Below are positions 34,233 through 41,181 of a DNA stretch of 41,499 nt, in pieces. Position numbers and translations under genes: made by a program. Source of the stretch: a virus (taxonomy: Duplodnaviria > Caudoviricetes); the IMG/VR virus record IMGVR_UViG_3300037761_000056, positions 1-41,499 of that record. One strand, written 5' to 3'. The notes beneath the pieces are model-generated. The model searched no databases and was not told the DNA's origin. It saw nothing but the letters and a program-made list of their open reading frames with translations. Numbering within the stretch: position 1 is the first letter of the stretch; each line of letters opens with the position of its first letter.

Positions 34233-34622
34233 TTACGGCTTGAGGTAGCTGTCCACTCCGTCACGGAGCTTTCCGTCCTTGCCTACTGACTTGTCCGTGA
34301 CTACTATTACAGTCTGGCCAAGGAATATGTCAGTATCAACTGGTGGACCCTCACCAGCCTTTATCTGGTCAGCCAGGTCGTCCTCTCCAATAGCACGGAG
34401 GAGTTGGTCAAACTTACCAGAGCCTGGGCCTTCGGTGACGACCCAGTCCTTGCGTGGACGCTGCTCGCCATTGTACTCGATGGTAAGGTCCAGCACCAGC
34501 ATGGGGGTGCCCTTCTCTTTGGAGTTGGTTGCCTCCACAGCGTTGATCTGTCCAGACTTCGGTCCAGGGTCCATGGGCGACATGTCAAGGGCTTGGGAAG
34601 TGTTAGGGTGAATTATGGGCAA
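34233..34622 (-). CDS. DUF669-like single-stranded DNA-binding protein
   Basis: SKEKGTPML and LLRAIG...FLGQTVIV pattern; next to the AAA_24 gene; GAGGA RBS with TTG start. Confidence 0.65.
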   Translation of the reverse strand: MPIIHPNTSQALDMSPMDPGPKSGQINAVEATNSKEKGTPMLVLDLTIEYNGEQRPRKDWVVTEGPGSGKFDQLLRAIGEDDLADQIKAGEGPPVDTDIFLGQTVIVVTDKSVGKDGKLRDGVDSYLKP

Positions 34623-34637
34623 GTTGGTATCCTCGGT

Positions 34638-35126
34638 TTAAGTATGTCGTTGGTGTGTTCTAATTCTGTATATTGTGCTTCTTGATACACCAAGCCGCTT
34701 ACTAATGTCTACAGGTCTCTCATCGCTAGCTCTAATCTCAGATACTAACTCAACAGAAAGTGGTGGAGCTTGAAGCATAGACTTATTAGCGTTGAAAGCA
34801 TCACGCATGTTATCGGCTTGAGTTCCAGCGTATAAGTGATCTGGATGAATGCACGCGCGATTACTGCACTTGTGAAGGACTAAGCCATTTGGGTCTCCAT
34901 TGGTTGTTATGTAAGAAAATCTATGTGCAAGAATGTACTGACCAACTGCCTTGCATAAGTTGAACCATCCATATCCTTTTGCATTTAATCGGGCAGTCCA
35001 TATCCAGCAGCCACCAGATTTGTCTACCTTAGCTCAGAATCGTGCTTGCGCTGAGGGTCGAAGAACCAGGTCCATTATGGACATTGACTCTAAGTCATCT
35101 CTATCATAGATTCTAGGTCGAGCCAT
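34638..35126 (-). pseudogene. HNH homing endonuclease with C-terminal HTH, in-frame TGA at 35034-35036
   Basis: Manual translation: RF*AKVDKSGGCWIWT...GYG...AHRFSY...VLHKCSNRACIHPDHLYAGTQADNMRD...LGVSRSTIYRI. Confidence 0.85.
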
Positions 35127-35987
35127 TTATTTCGTTTCTCCTGTTGGGTTGTTTAGGTTTACCAGTGCCTTAGTGATAGCCTCATAGGACCACTCAGTCC
35201 CATTGGGGAGGCCATAGCGGGAGCCTACTTTGATGAACTCGTCTTGAGTTACCAACACACGTTTGGAGACTCCATCTACTCGTTTGGATCGGATGGAGTA
35301 AATCTCATCGAACTTTGCGCTGATAGCTTGGACGGACTTACCGGTGACTAGTGGTACCTTTGCGGTGACCTGACCAAGGGAATTGGTGACCTCCTTCTCA
35401 TGTGCCAGCACCACAACGTTCTTGCCACTGTCTCGCACCATATCCACAAACTGCTCTACCAGCGATCTCTCCGAACCGTAGTCCTGAATCTTTGGGTAGA
35501 CCATTCCGAACTGCTTCGCCTGTGCATGAGTAGCAGACGTAGCAGAGAATTCCTTCTTCCCAAGCAAAACGATGGCCTTGTTCATTGCCAGCTCGGAAAG
35601 ACTCGTCAGGGAATCAACAACCCAAGTGTCAAACATATCTACGTTGACATCGTAGAGCTGCCCATCCGAGGTGGAACGCCACTTAATGGTCTTCTGGCTC
35701 ATGCAGGCATCAAAGTACCTGCAACAATCGTCGTAAGCATTGTGGTCAGTGATGATACCTGTTTTCTTGTTGACGTTGAGCTCTTTGAACCGCTCGAACA
35801 TTGAGGAAGGAGCCACTGGGTGGGCTTGACGCCAGGCGGATGAGCCCAGCACTGCGGTTCCCCCATCGGTGTCGATGAAGTTGGGCCGTGGAAAGGTGCC
35901 AGCTCCCCAGGTCTTTCCAGCCTTGTACATGGAGAACACAAACACCTGGAGGGTGGCACCAAGGGACCAAGGTTTAACTATCGGCAT
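35127..35987 (-). CDS. AAA_24/Sak4-like recombination ATPase
   Basis: AGKT Walker A, VVDSLT Walker B, LAHE; real start MPIVKP at 35987. Confidence 0.8.
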   Translation of the reverse strand: MPIVKPWSLGATLQVFVFSMYKAGKTWGAGTFPRPNFIDTDGGTAVLGSSAWRQAHPVAPSSMFERFKELNVNKKTGIITDHNAYDDCCRYFDACMSQKTIKWRSTSDGQLYDVNVDMFDTWVVDSLTSLSELAMNKAIVLLGKKEFSATSATHAQAKQFGMVYPKIQDYGSERSLVEQFVDMVRDSGKNVVVLAHEKEVTNSLGQVTAKVPLVTGKSVQAISAKFDEIYSIRSKRVDGVSKRVLVTQDEFIKVGSRYGLPNGTEWSYEAITKALVNLNNPTGETK

Positions 35988-36087
35988 CTTCCTCCTCGTC
36001 CTCCTCATCCTCATCCTCATCTTCGGCCCACTCATCATCTTCTTCCCAATCTGCTGGCGGGTCTTTGGGGTCTTTCTCTTCAGCCAT
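35974..36087 (-). CDS. 37-aa highly acidic peptide MAEEKDPKDPPADWEEDDEWAEDEDEDEEDEEEDADS
   Basis: Manual translation; fills the gap with overlaps at both ends. Confidence 0.55.
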   Translation of the reverse strand: MAEEKDPKDPPADWEEDDEWAEDEDEDEEDEEEDADS

Positions 36088-36412
36088 TGTGTCTGTCGAA
36101 CCTCGGGTAGGATTGTTGATCTTGTTTATACACGATTACCTTTTTTCCAACCAAGTCATTGCTGTCCATCTCAAGATCATATGGCAGGTGGCAAGCCCAC
36201 AAGAGTTTCTCCATCCCCATAATCCCACTTGTATGGACTATATGGTATGTACGGAGCTCCACTCTTGTCTTCATGCTTTGCCACCTAACCACGAACATGG
36301 GGTTCTGTGTGGTTTTGGTTGGGAGGAAGTCTACTCCAATAATGCGAGCAGGAGTGAATCCATTGGGCCATAACCCACGGGCTTCGCTGGTGTCAGGATA
36401 TACTATCGCCAC
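36080..36412 (-). CDS. second DUF669-like SSB paralog
   Basis: Colinear similarity to the 34233-34622 protein. Confidence 0.55.
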   Translation of the reverse strand: MAIVYPDTSEARGLWPNGFTPARIIGVDFLPTKTTQNPMFVVRWQSMKTRVELRTYHIVHTSGIMGMEKLLWACHLPYDLEMDSNDLVGKKVIVYKQDQQSYPRFDRHNG

Positions 36413-36815
36413 TGATCGAGCACAATTGAGTGTCCAAGGAGACTGACTCGACGGTAGAAAAGTCCATTCCCTTTAACACATTGAGGACTTCATTGGGTCT
36501 TGACTCATCACGAATGTCAGAGATGAACTTGTACAAGGCTGCTTTGCTCATCCAACTATTGGCTCCATCAAAGGCCTGGTAGACAATGCGGATGGGAATG
36601 GGAGTGTTAAGTCCCATTGCTTTCATGAGTCTCTTCTCGGCATCACGCTCAAGGTTGTAATCACTGTACGCACGAGCGAAGAAACACTCACGCCAGTTGG
36701 ATGCGCCGTCCTCGAAGGCGCTGAGTCCACGGTCGATACGCTCATCGCCCATGATGTTGAGGACTCGTCTGATCTGGTCATGGATACCGTGGTAGATTGC
36801 GTCTTGCAGTTTCAT
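36393..36815 (-). CDS. hypothetical protein
   Basis: AAGGAG RBS, 140 aa. Confidence 0.7.
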   Translation of the reverse strand: MKLQDAIYHGIHDQIRRVLNIMGDERIDRGLSAFEDGASNWRECFFARAYSDYNLERDAEKRLMKAMGLNTPIPIRIVYQAFDGANSWMSKAALYKFISDIRDESRPNEVLNVLKGMDFSTVESVSLDTQLCSISGDSIS

Positions 36816-36827
36816 TGTTGGGTCTCC

Positions 36828-37016
36828 TTAGGGGTTAATTGGGAAGTCTTCTGTAGGAACTTGAAAGTTACATCTTGCGTATGCAGACACAAAGATAACT
36901 AATTGGACCTTGCATATCTCACATTGAGTATGCCATTCTTTTGGAAGAGGGCTGTGTCGAGCATCCACTTCTACTTTGAACCTATGCAGCCCGAATCGAC
37001 AGTGTCCTTTAGTCAT
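36828..37016 (-). CDS. small Cys/His protein
   Basis: Start MTKGHC; AAGGA RBS; CEIC. Confidence 0.5.
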   Translation of the reverse strand: MTKGHCRFGLHRFKVEVDARHSPLPKEWHTQCEICKVQLVIFVSAYARCNFQVPTEDFPINP

Positions 37017-37185
37017 GGAGTATTTCCTTAATGGTGGAAGACCGTCCATATATAGTTGGATGGAAGTAAGTCTTCATGATGTAACGCATTTCAGGATCAG
37101 TCTCATTTGCAAGAAGCTTGTACATATCATCTCGCGAAAGACCTGGAAGCATCGCTATAACAGTACGTTCCTTCTCAGTCACCAT
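37009..37185 (-). CDS. hypothetical protein
   Basis: Start MVTEKE at 37185, overlaps both neighbours. Confidence 0.5.
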   Translation of the reverse strand: MVTEKERTVIAMLPGLSRDDMYKLLANETDPEMRYIMKTYFHPTIYGRSSTIKEILHD

Positions 37186-38161
37186 CTCTCGTCTCCCAAT
37201 CCCACTTCCTTTGCACATATGACTGCTCCAACATCCGCCTGCGCTCGTCCTCCGAAGCAAGGGAGTGGACCTCATAGTACTGGCAGGTGCCATACATGGT
37301 GCAAGCACGGGTACGCATTGGGAAGTAACCCATCTGCTCGTGGTGCCGCAGCTCAACGCAGCTGTGCCACAGGTTCACGAGCCACTCCCTGATGTTCGTT
37401 GCGGTTCGGGAGGTAAACTCACGAGCGAACTTTGTGGCCCCCACTTTGTAGATACCAATAGCGTTGATGAAGGCACCACCAATAGGTCTAGAGCTCAGTT
37501 GTCCTGCAGCCCACACATACCCACTGATCTGGTTGTTGGGCTTGAATTGGTAGAAGTAATAGCTCCCGAGTTGGCTGGTAGTCTTGTGGTCGGAGATGTA
37601 CAGTTGATTCCCCATTTCTACTATCAAGTCGATTACGCCGCCGTAGTCGATGGACTCCAGAATGGCCCCACAGTTGGGGCATGTGTTGTCCTCGTTTATC
37701 CCCCAGGGATTCTCAAAGTCAGGAGTACGAAGCCACTCTACAGCCTCAACTATGCTATCAGGCTTGAAGCCACAAGGATCACTTGCTCCATATCCAGTGC
37801 ATGGAAGATACATTCCTGTGGGGAGTGTGAACACTTGCTCCACCATCGGCTGCGCAGGTGCTCCCACCACCTTCCATGACTCCATTGGGTATTGCTTAAC
37901 GTAGCCCTTCATTACGTCCTTAGCCTTCTCAAGGGTCCGGTAGTCATCTACTGGCATCCCAACAGGCCACCCAGCCTCGATTGCTGCAATAGCTCCATCC
38001 AACCCGTTGCCCTTGTACCACTCCGCGAGGCCCAAATGGATCGCGCCACCCATTCCAAGTGGGGCACTTTGGTCCCTGCTTACCCACCCTTGGCGGTGGC
38101 GTAGGTCATAGAGGGAGGGGCAGCGCTGGTGGTCTTCCAAGGTAGTGTTGTCAATTCTCAA
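37175..38161 (-). CDS. PD-(D/E)XK (Cas4/RecB-like) exonuclease
   Basis: RCP..Y, G.AIH..L, GVIDL...ISDHKTT, QISGY, C-terminal C..C; TTG start after GGGAGG. Confidence 0.85.
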   Translation of the reverse strand: MRIDNTTLEDHQRCPSLYDLRHRQGWVSRDQSAPLGMGGAIHLGLAEWYKGNGLDGAIAAIEAGWPVGMPVDDYRTLEKAKDVMKGYVKQYPMESWKVVGAPAQPMVEQVFTLPTGMYLPCTGYGASDPCGFKPDSIVEAVEWLRTPDFENPWGINEDNTCPNCGAILESIDYGGVIDLIVEMGNQLYISDHKTTSQLGSYYFYQFKPNNQISGYVWAAGQLSSRPIGGAFINAIGIYKVGATKFAREFTSRTATNIREWLVNLWHSCVELRHHEQMGYFPMRTRACTMYGTCQYYEVHSLASEDERRRMLEQSYVQRKWDWETRDGD

Positions 38162-38408
38162 GGGGCACCTCCCGAGTGCCGCCCGCATAATCCTGAGCAG
38201 CTTGCCAATCTACAATTCCTTTCTCCACGAACTCATCCACAGTCCTTTGGACTTGGGCAGCAGCTACCTGCATAATCACCCGTTCGTTATCACTCAGCGT
38301 TGGGAGTTTGCTCCGTTCCATGAATACGGAGGTGGCTGCGTGGAGTGCAGCAGCGCATGCGAAATAGTTCAAGGCCAATTCGCGGTAAGCCTTAGTGTGT
38401 TCAGCCAT
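38151..38408 (-). CDS. hypothetical protein
   Basis: 85-aa ORF overlapping the nuclease start. Confidence 0.6.
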   Translation of the reverse strand: MAEHTKAYRELALNYFACAAALHAATSVFMERSKLPTLSDNERVIMQVAAAQVQRTVDEFVEKGIVDWQAAQDYAGGTREVPLEN

Positions 38409-38440
38409 AGGTTGGTCTCTTTGGTTTGGGTAACTTGGGA

Positions 38441-38520
38441 GGAGTTAATAGTGCTATTAGACATGTGGAAGCATGGCAGGTAAGTGGGGAACAATGGAAG
38501 CCACACACACTATTAACTCC
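38441..38520 (-). ncRNA. 80-nt hairpin RNA candidate
   Basis: 13-bp perfect terminal stem GGAGTTAATAGTG/CACTATTAACTCC, inner TGTGG/CCACA stem, pyrimidine-rich loop on the minus strand. Confidence 0.5.
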
Positions 38521-38524
38521 AAAA

Positions 38525-38589
38525 GCCTGGTGGAGGAATCGAACCTCCCAGCAGAATCAACGCGGGTGATCTGCCTACCCAACCCAGGC
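38525..38589 (-). ncRNA. D-armless tRNA-like RNA
   Basis: Acceptor-like GCCTGG/CCAGGC, canonical T-arm GGAGG-TTCGATT-CCTCC, extended central stem GCAGATCA/TGATTCTGC, no D-stem, no CCA. Confidence 0.65.
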
Positions 38590-38608
38590 AAGTAGCAACT
38601 CGCCGTGA

Positions 38609-39025
38609 CTACTCGCTCAGCCTTGCCAACAGCGACGGGTCTGCATCGATGCGCTCCAGGAGCTTCGTGAGTGCATCCCCATCCACCTTCTCTGCCACCG
38701 ATCGGGCAGCCTTTGCTGCACGGCCTTGTGGGGTAGTAGGTGCGATGCTCTTGGTTCCAGGCTTGAAGGCCACCTGTGCAGTTGCAATCTCATCCCAGTT
38801 CTTGCCAGCTGCAGCCATCCTGCGGGCAATCCCCTGGAAGGAGACCTTACCGCTCGTGCCGTTGACCATCAAGAGCACTCCCTGTCCATAATGAGCAAAG
38901 GCTCCATCAAGCGAATCCCACTCCAAAATGGGCTGTTCGCCAAGGGAGACGGTGCCGTTCTTGGTACGGACCTCCTCAAGGTTGAAGTGGGCCCCTTCAG
39001 GGGCATTGATTGTGAGTTCCGGCAT
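38609..39025 (-). CDS. NGTS-motif protein, paralog of 2341-2946
   Basis: AAAGGAG RBS, ATG 39025; YG...NGTS..V....I.R...AGK motif. Confidence 0.75.
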   Translation of the reverse strand: MPELTINAPEGAHFNLEEVRTKNGTVSLGEQPILEWDSLDGAFAHYGQGVLLMVNGTSGKVSFQGIARRMAAAGKNWDEIATAQVAFKPGTKSIAPTTPQGRAAKAARSVAEKVDGDALTKLLERIDADPSLLARLSE

Positions 39026-39065
39026 TTGTTTTCTCCTTTGTGGTGTGGGGGTGAAAATGTAATGC

Positions 39066-39094
39066 AATTTAACACGGTAATGGGGTCTTGTCAA
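39066..39094 (-). promoter_or_regulatory. sigma70-type promoter for the replication/recombination block
   Basis: TTGACA-17 nt-TAAATT on the minus strand. Confidence 0.7.
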
Positions 39095-39111
39095 TACGTG
39101 GTCAAGCCACT

Positions 39112-39279
39112 TCAGTCACTATCCTCCTCATCCTCCAAGTCTTCCTCCTCATCTAAAAGAGCCTGAAGGGCAAGATTCTGGTTGCGAAGCGCACGGACTG
39201 CATAAGCCATATCGTCGTGGAGAAGATGGTGGAGTAGAAACTCCAGCTTATCGAGAACTTCACTGCTGGGTTGGATCAT
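39112..39279 (-). CDS. 55-aa protein with acidic tail
   Basis: Manual translation MIQPSSEVL...DEEEDLEDEEDSD; AAGGAG upstream. Confidence 0.5.
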   Translation of the reverse strand: MIQPSSEVLDKLEFLLHHLLHDDMAYAVRALRNQNLALQALLDEEEDLEDEEDSD

Positions 39280-39574
39280 CAGATGGAATCTCCTTGTTTT
39301 TGGTTAAGGCTGCGTTTAACTCGGGGTGGTCATGGAGTTGTTCTTCAGTCAGCTGGGTGAGGTCAATGAGCTCGTAGCCATCTGGGTAGTGGTTAGTGTA
39401 GTGCTGGAGGTCAAAGAATGGTGGGGCGATTCCCATATCTCGGCGGAACCATTCAAGGGACGATGACATATGGGCCTTAAGGCTAGAACCATCCTCGGCA
39501 ATAGCATAGCCTACCACATCTGATGGATGGAGTCCAGCATTGGGGACACAGTAGATGAATATCTTTGGGGTCAT
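39260..39574 (-). CDS. hypothetical protein
   Basis: AAGGAG RBS, ATGA overlap. Confidence 0.65.
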   Translation of the reverse strand: MTPKIFIYCVPNAGLHPSDVVGYAIAEDGSSLKAHMSSSLEWFRRDMGIAPPFFDLQHYTNHYPDGYELIDLTQLTEEQLHDHPELNAALTKNKEIPSDDPTQQ

Positions 39575-39855
39575 AGGTTGATCTCCTTAGTTACGGTCCT
39601 CAGCGCTTTGTCTTTTTTCATGGAGCGGAGCCACTTGTTATACTTTGCTTCAGAGCCATATGCTCCAGTAGGCATGTTCCAGTAAATCCACTGATAGATA
39701 TGCCAGAAAGCATCCCTGTTATCGCTATCTGCATGAGCTGCTGCAGCAGCAGGGTGGCCCTTGAGGATGTCCTGGAGGAATCCCCCAGGGGGGTATGGGT
39801 GGGTGCCCTTAGCCCACCGCTTCAGCGTGTCAAGAACATCTGGTCGAATTGGCAT
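39571..39855 (-). CDS. hypothetical protein (PGGFL..IL...ADSDN family)
   Basis: AAGGAG RBS, 94 aa. Confidence 0.65.
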   Translation of the reverse strand: MPIRPDVLDTLKRWAKGTHPYPPGGFLQDILKGHPAAAAAHADSDNRDAFWHIYQWIYWNMPTGAYGSEAKYNKWLRSMKKDKALRTVTKEINL

Positions 39856-39867
39856 GAGTAGGTCTCC

Positions 39868-40284
39868 TTAGATTTTGGTGAGTGATAGAGTGGAAGCGGG
39901 AACGTAAATTAGTGGGTGTTTGTACAACCGAACTTGAGGAGCCCAGAGAGTCGCCTGTTCCTCCCATACACGCGACTTCAGTACGAAATAGTTCAGGAGG
40001 AAGTTTGGACTACGAGGCCAGCGACAGGTGTACCACTGGAAGCTGTGGCCTACTTCGTGGCACAGAGTCTCCACAGGCATCTCATCAAGGCTCTCATACT
40101 CCGTGTAGATGTCCAAGCCGAGCGTCATAGTTCGAATCTTCTCAGGCCTCGCTGTGAGCCCGTGCTTATCCATGAAGGCGATGAGGCGGGAGTCAAGGTG
40201 GAAGGTTAGGTCAAAGAACTCGAAGGGCTTGTCCACCTGACGGCGAAGCCCGAGGGCATTAGGGATAACTATATTTTGGCTCAT
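39868..40284 (-). CDS. HExxH zinc metallopeptidase-like protein
   Basis: MTLG..IY, LCHEVGHSFQ, WEEQA pattern. Confidence 0.6.
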   Translation of the reverse strand: MSQNIVIPNALGLRRQVDKPFEFFDLTFHLDSRLIAFMDKHGLTARPEKIRTMTLGLDIYTEYESLDEMPVETLCHEVGHSFQWYTCRWPRSPNFLLNYFVLKSRVWEEQATLWAPQVRLYKHPLIYVPASTLSLTKI

Positions 40285-40366
40285 GTCGCGCACCATCCAA
40301 TGGTTAAGAGTATAGCAGCTAGAGCCAGCAGTTGCAGCGCGCAGCCCGTGTCAGTCGTGGGTGTAG

Positions 40367-40609
40367 TCATTTCTCCCGATCCGGCGGGAAGGGCGTTTTG
40401 ACCTGCGGGAGTTGGGGCTGAAGTGGCTGACCGAAGTTGCACTGTCGCAGCCAGATCACGCCACCGAGGAGCACCGCAAGACGCTCACGCCATGTGAGCT
40501 GCCATCGGCTGATCGTCTCCCGGTCGTTCCGGTACGCGGGAAGTGGGAGGTACTCGGGCTGATCCTTGGCGAAAACGACGTTACTCTGCGGAAAACTCGA
40601 CGGTTTCAT
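40367..40609 (-). CDS. hypothetical protein (QPEYLPLPA family)
   Basis: GGAGG RBS, ATG 40609 coupled. Confidence 0.65.
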   Translation of the reverse strand: MKPSSFPQSNVVFAKDQPEYLPLPAYRNDRETISRWQLTWRERLAVLLGGVIWLRQCNFGQPLQPQLPQVKTPFPPDREK

Positions 40610-40806
40610 TTCTTCAGCTCCTCCCAGAGCGCAACCACGGCACGCAGCGAGAAGCCGCTGCTGGCGTACAGGTCCATCGTAAGCGCCTCGATTCTGCGTC
40701 CCCGCTCGCACTCGTCGGCCAGCGTTTCGAGCATGTCTTCGGTTTCGGGCCGATGTTCCGCGCGGTGCCACGCTGCCATCTTGCGGACGGTGGTGAGGTC
40801 AATCAT
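40606..40806 (-). CDS. hypothetical protein
   Basis: GAGGT RBS, overlaps neighbours. Confidence 0.55.
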   Translation of the reverse strand: MIDLTTVRKMAAWHRAEHRPETEDMLETLADECERGRRIEALTMDLYASSGFSLRAVVALWEELKK

Positions 40807-40987
40807 CGGACCACCTCGGAAAAGCAGTTTCGGCTGCCGTTGTTCGTCCGTCGCGCAATGCCTCTATCTCACCGGCGGCTTGTCTCAGCAGCTCCGCCAG
40901 CTCCAGCGAGTCCACAGGGCAGAGTCGCCGGTTGCCCGAGGCTGCGACCAACCTGGCGATGTCTCGCATCCGCTCGATGTCAGTCAT
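40799..40987 (-). CDS. hypothetical protein
   Basis: ATGA-coupled small ORF. Confidence 0.5.
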   Translation of the reverse strand: MTDIERMRDIARLVAASGNRRLCPVDSLELAELLRQAAGEIEALRDGRTTAAETAFPRWSDD

Positions 40988-41181
40988 CGGCCCTGCCTTA
41001 GAAGGACATCCATCGCAATTACCCTGAAGTCATGCACCACGTCGTCATCGTCGGAACCATCTCTGCGCCGCAGCACCATACCTCCGTTGTGAATTGCATT
41101 GAGCAGCGCAAACGCCGTGTGCTCCGCATTCTCTTGGGTGATCCTGTCCGCCTGTTCTTTGAGTCGTTGATACTCAGTCAT
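40984..41181 (-). CDS. hypothetical protein
   Basis: GAGGAG RBS, start MTEYQR at 41181. Confidence 0.55.
   Translation of the reverse strand: MTEYQRLKEQADRITQENAEHTAFALLNAIHNGGMVLRRRDGSDDDDVVHDFRVIAMDVLLRQGR

Noticed and set aside
28931-35036. Stop-codon reassignment (TAG or TGA recoded)
   Set aside because: TAG (13366, 15023, 16647) and TGA end many genes exactly where the next begins; there is only one internal case of each and no suppressor tRNA.
35988-36038. MRMRMRRTRRK N-terminus of the AAA ATPase
   Set aside because: Off-frame reading of the acidic peptide gene; the ATPase more plausibly starts at 35987.
37175-38161. CRISPR-associated Cas4 system
   Set aside because: No cas1/cas2 or array; the context is a phage recombination module.
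38525-38589. Canonical tRNA-Ala(CGC) or tmRNA
   Set aside because: No D-stem, no U33, no G3-U70 pair, no CCA and no tag reading frame.
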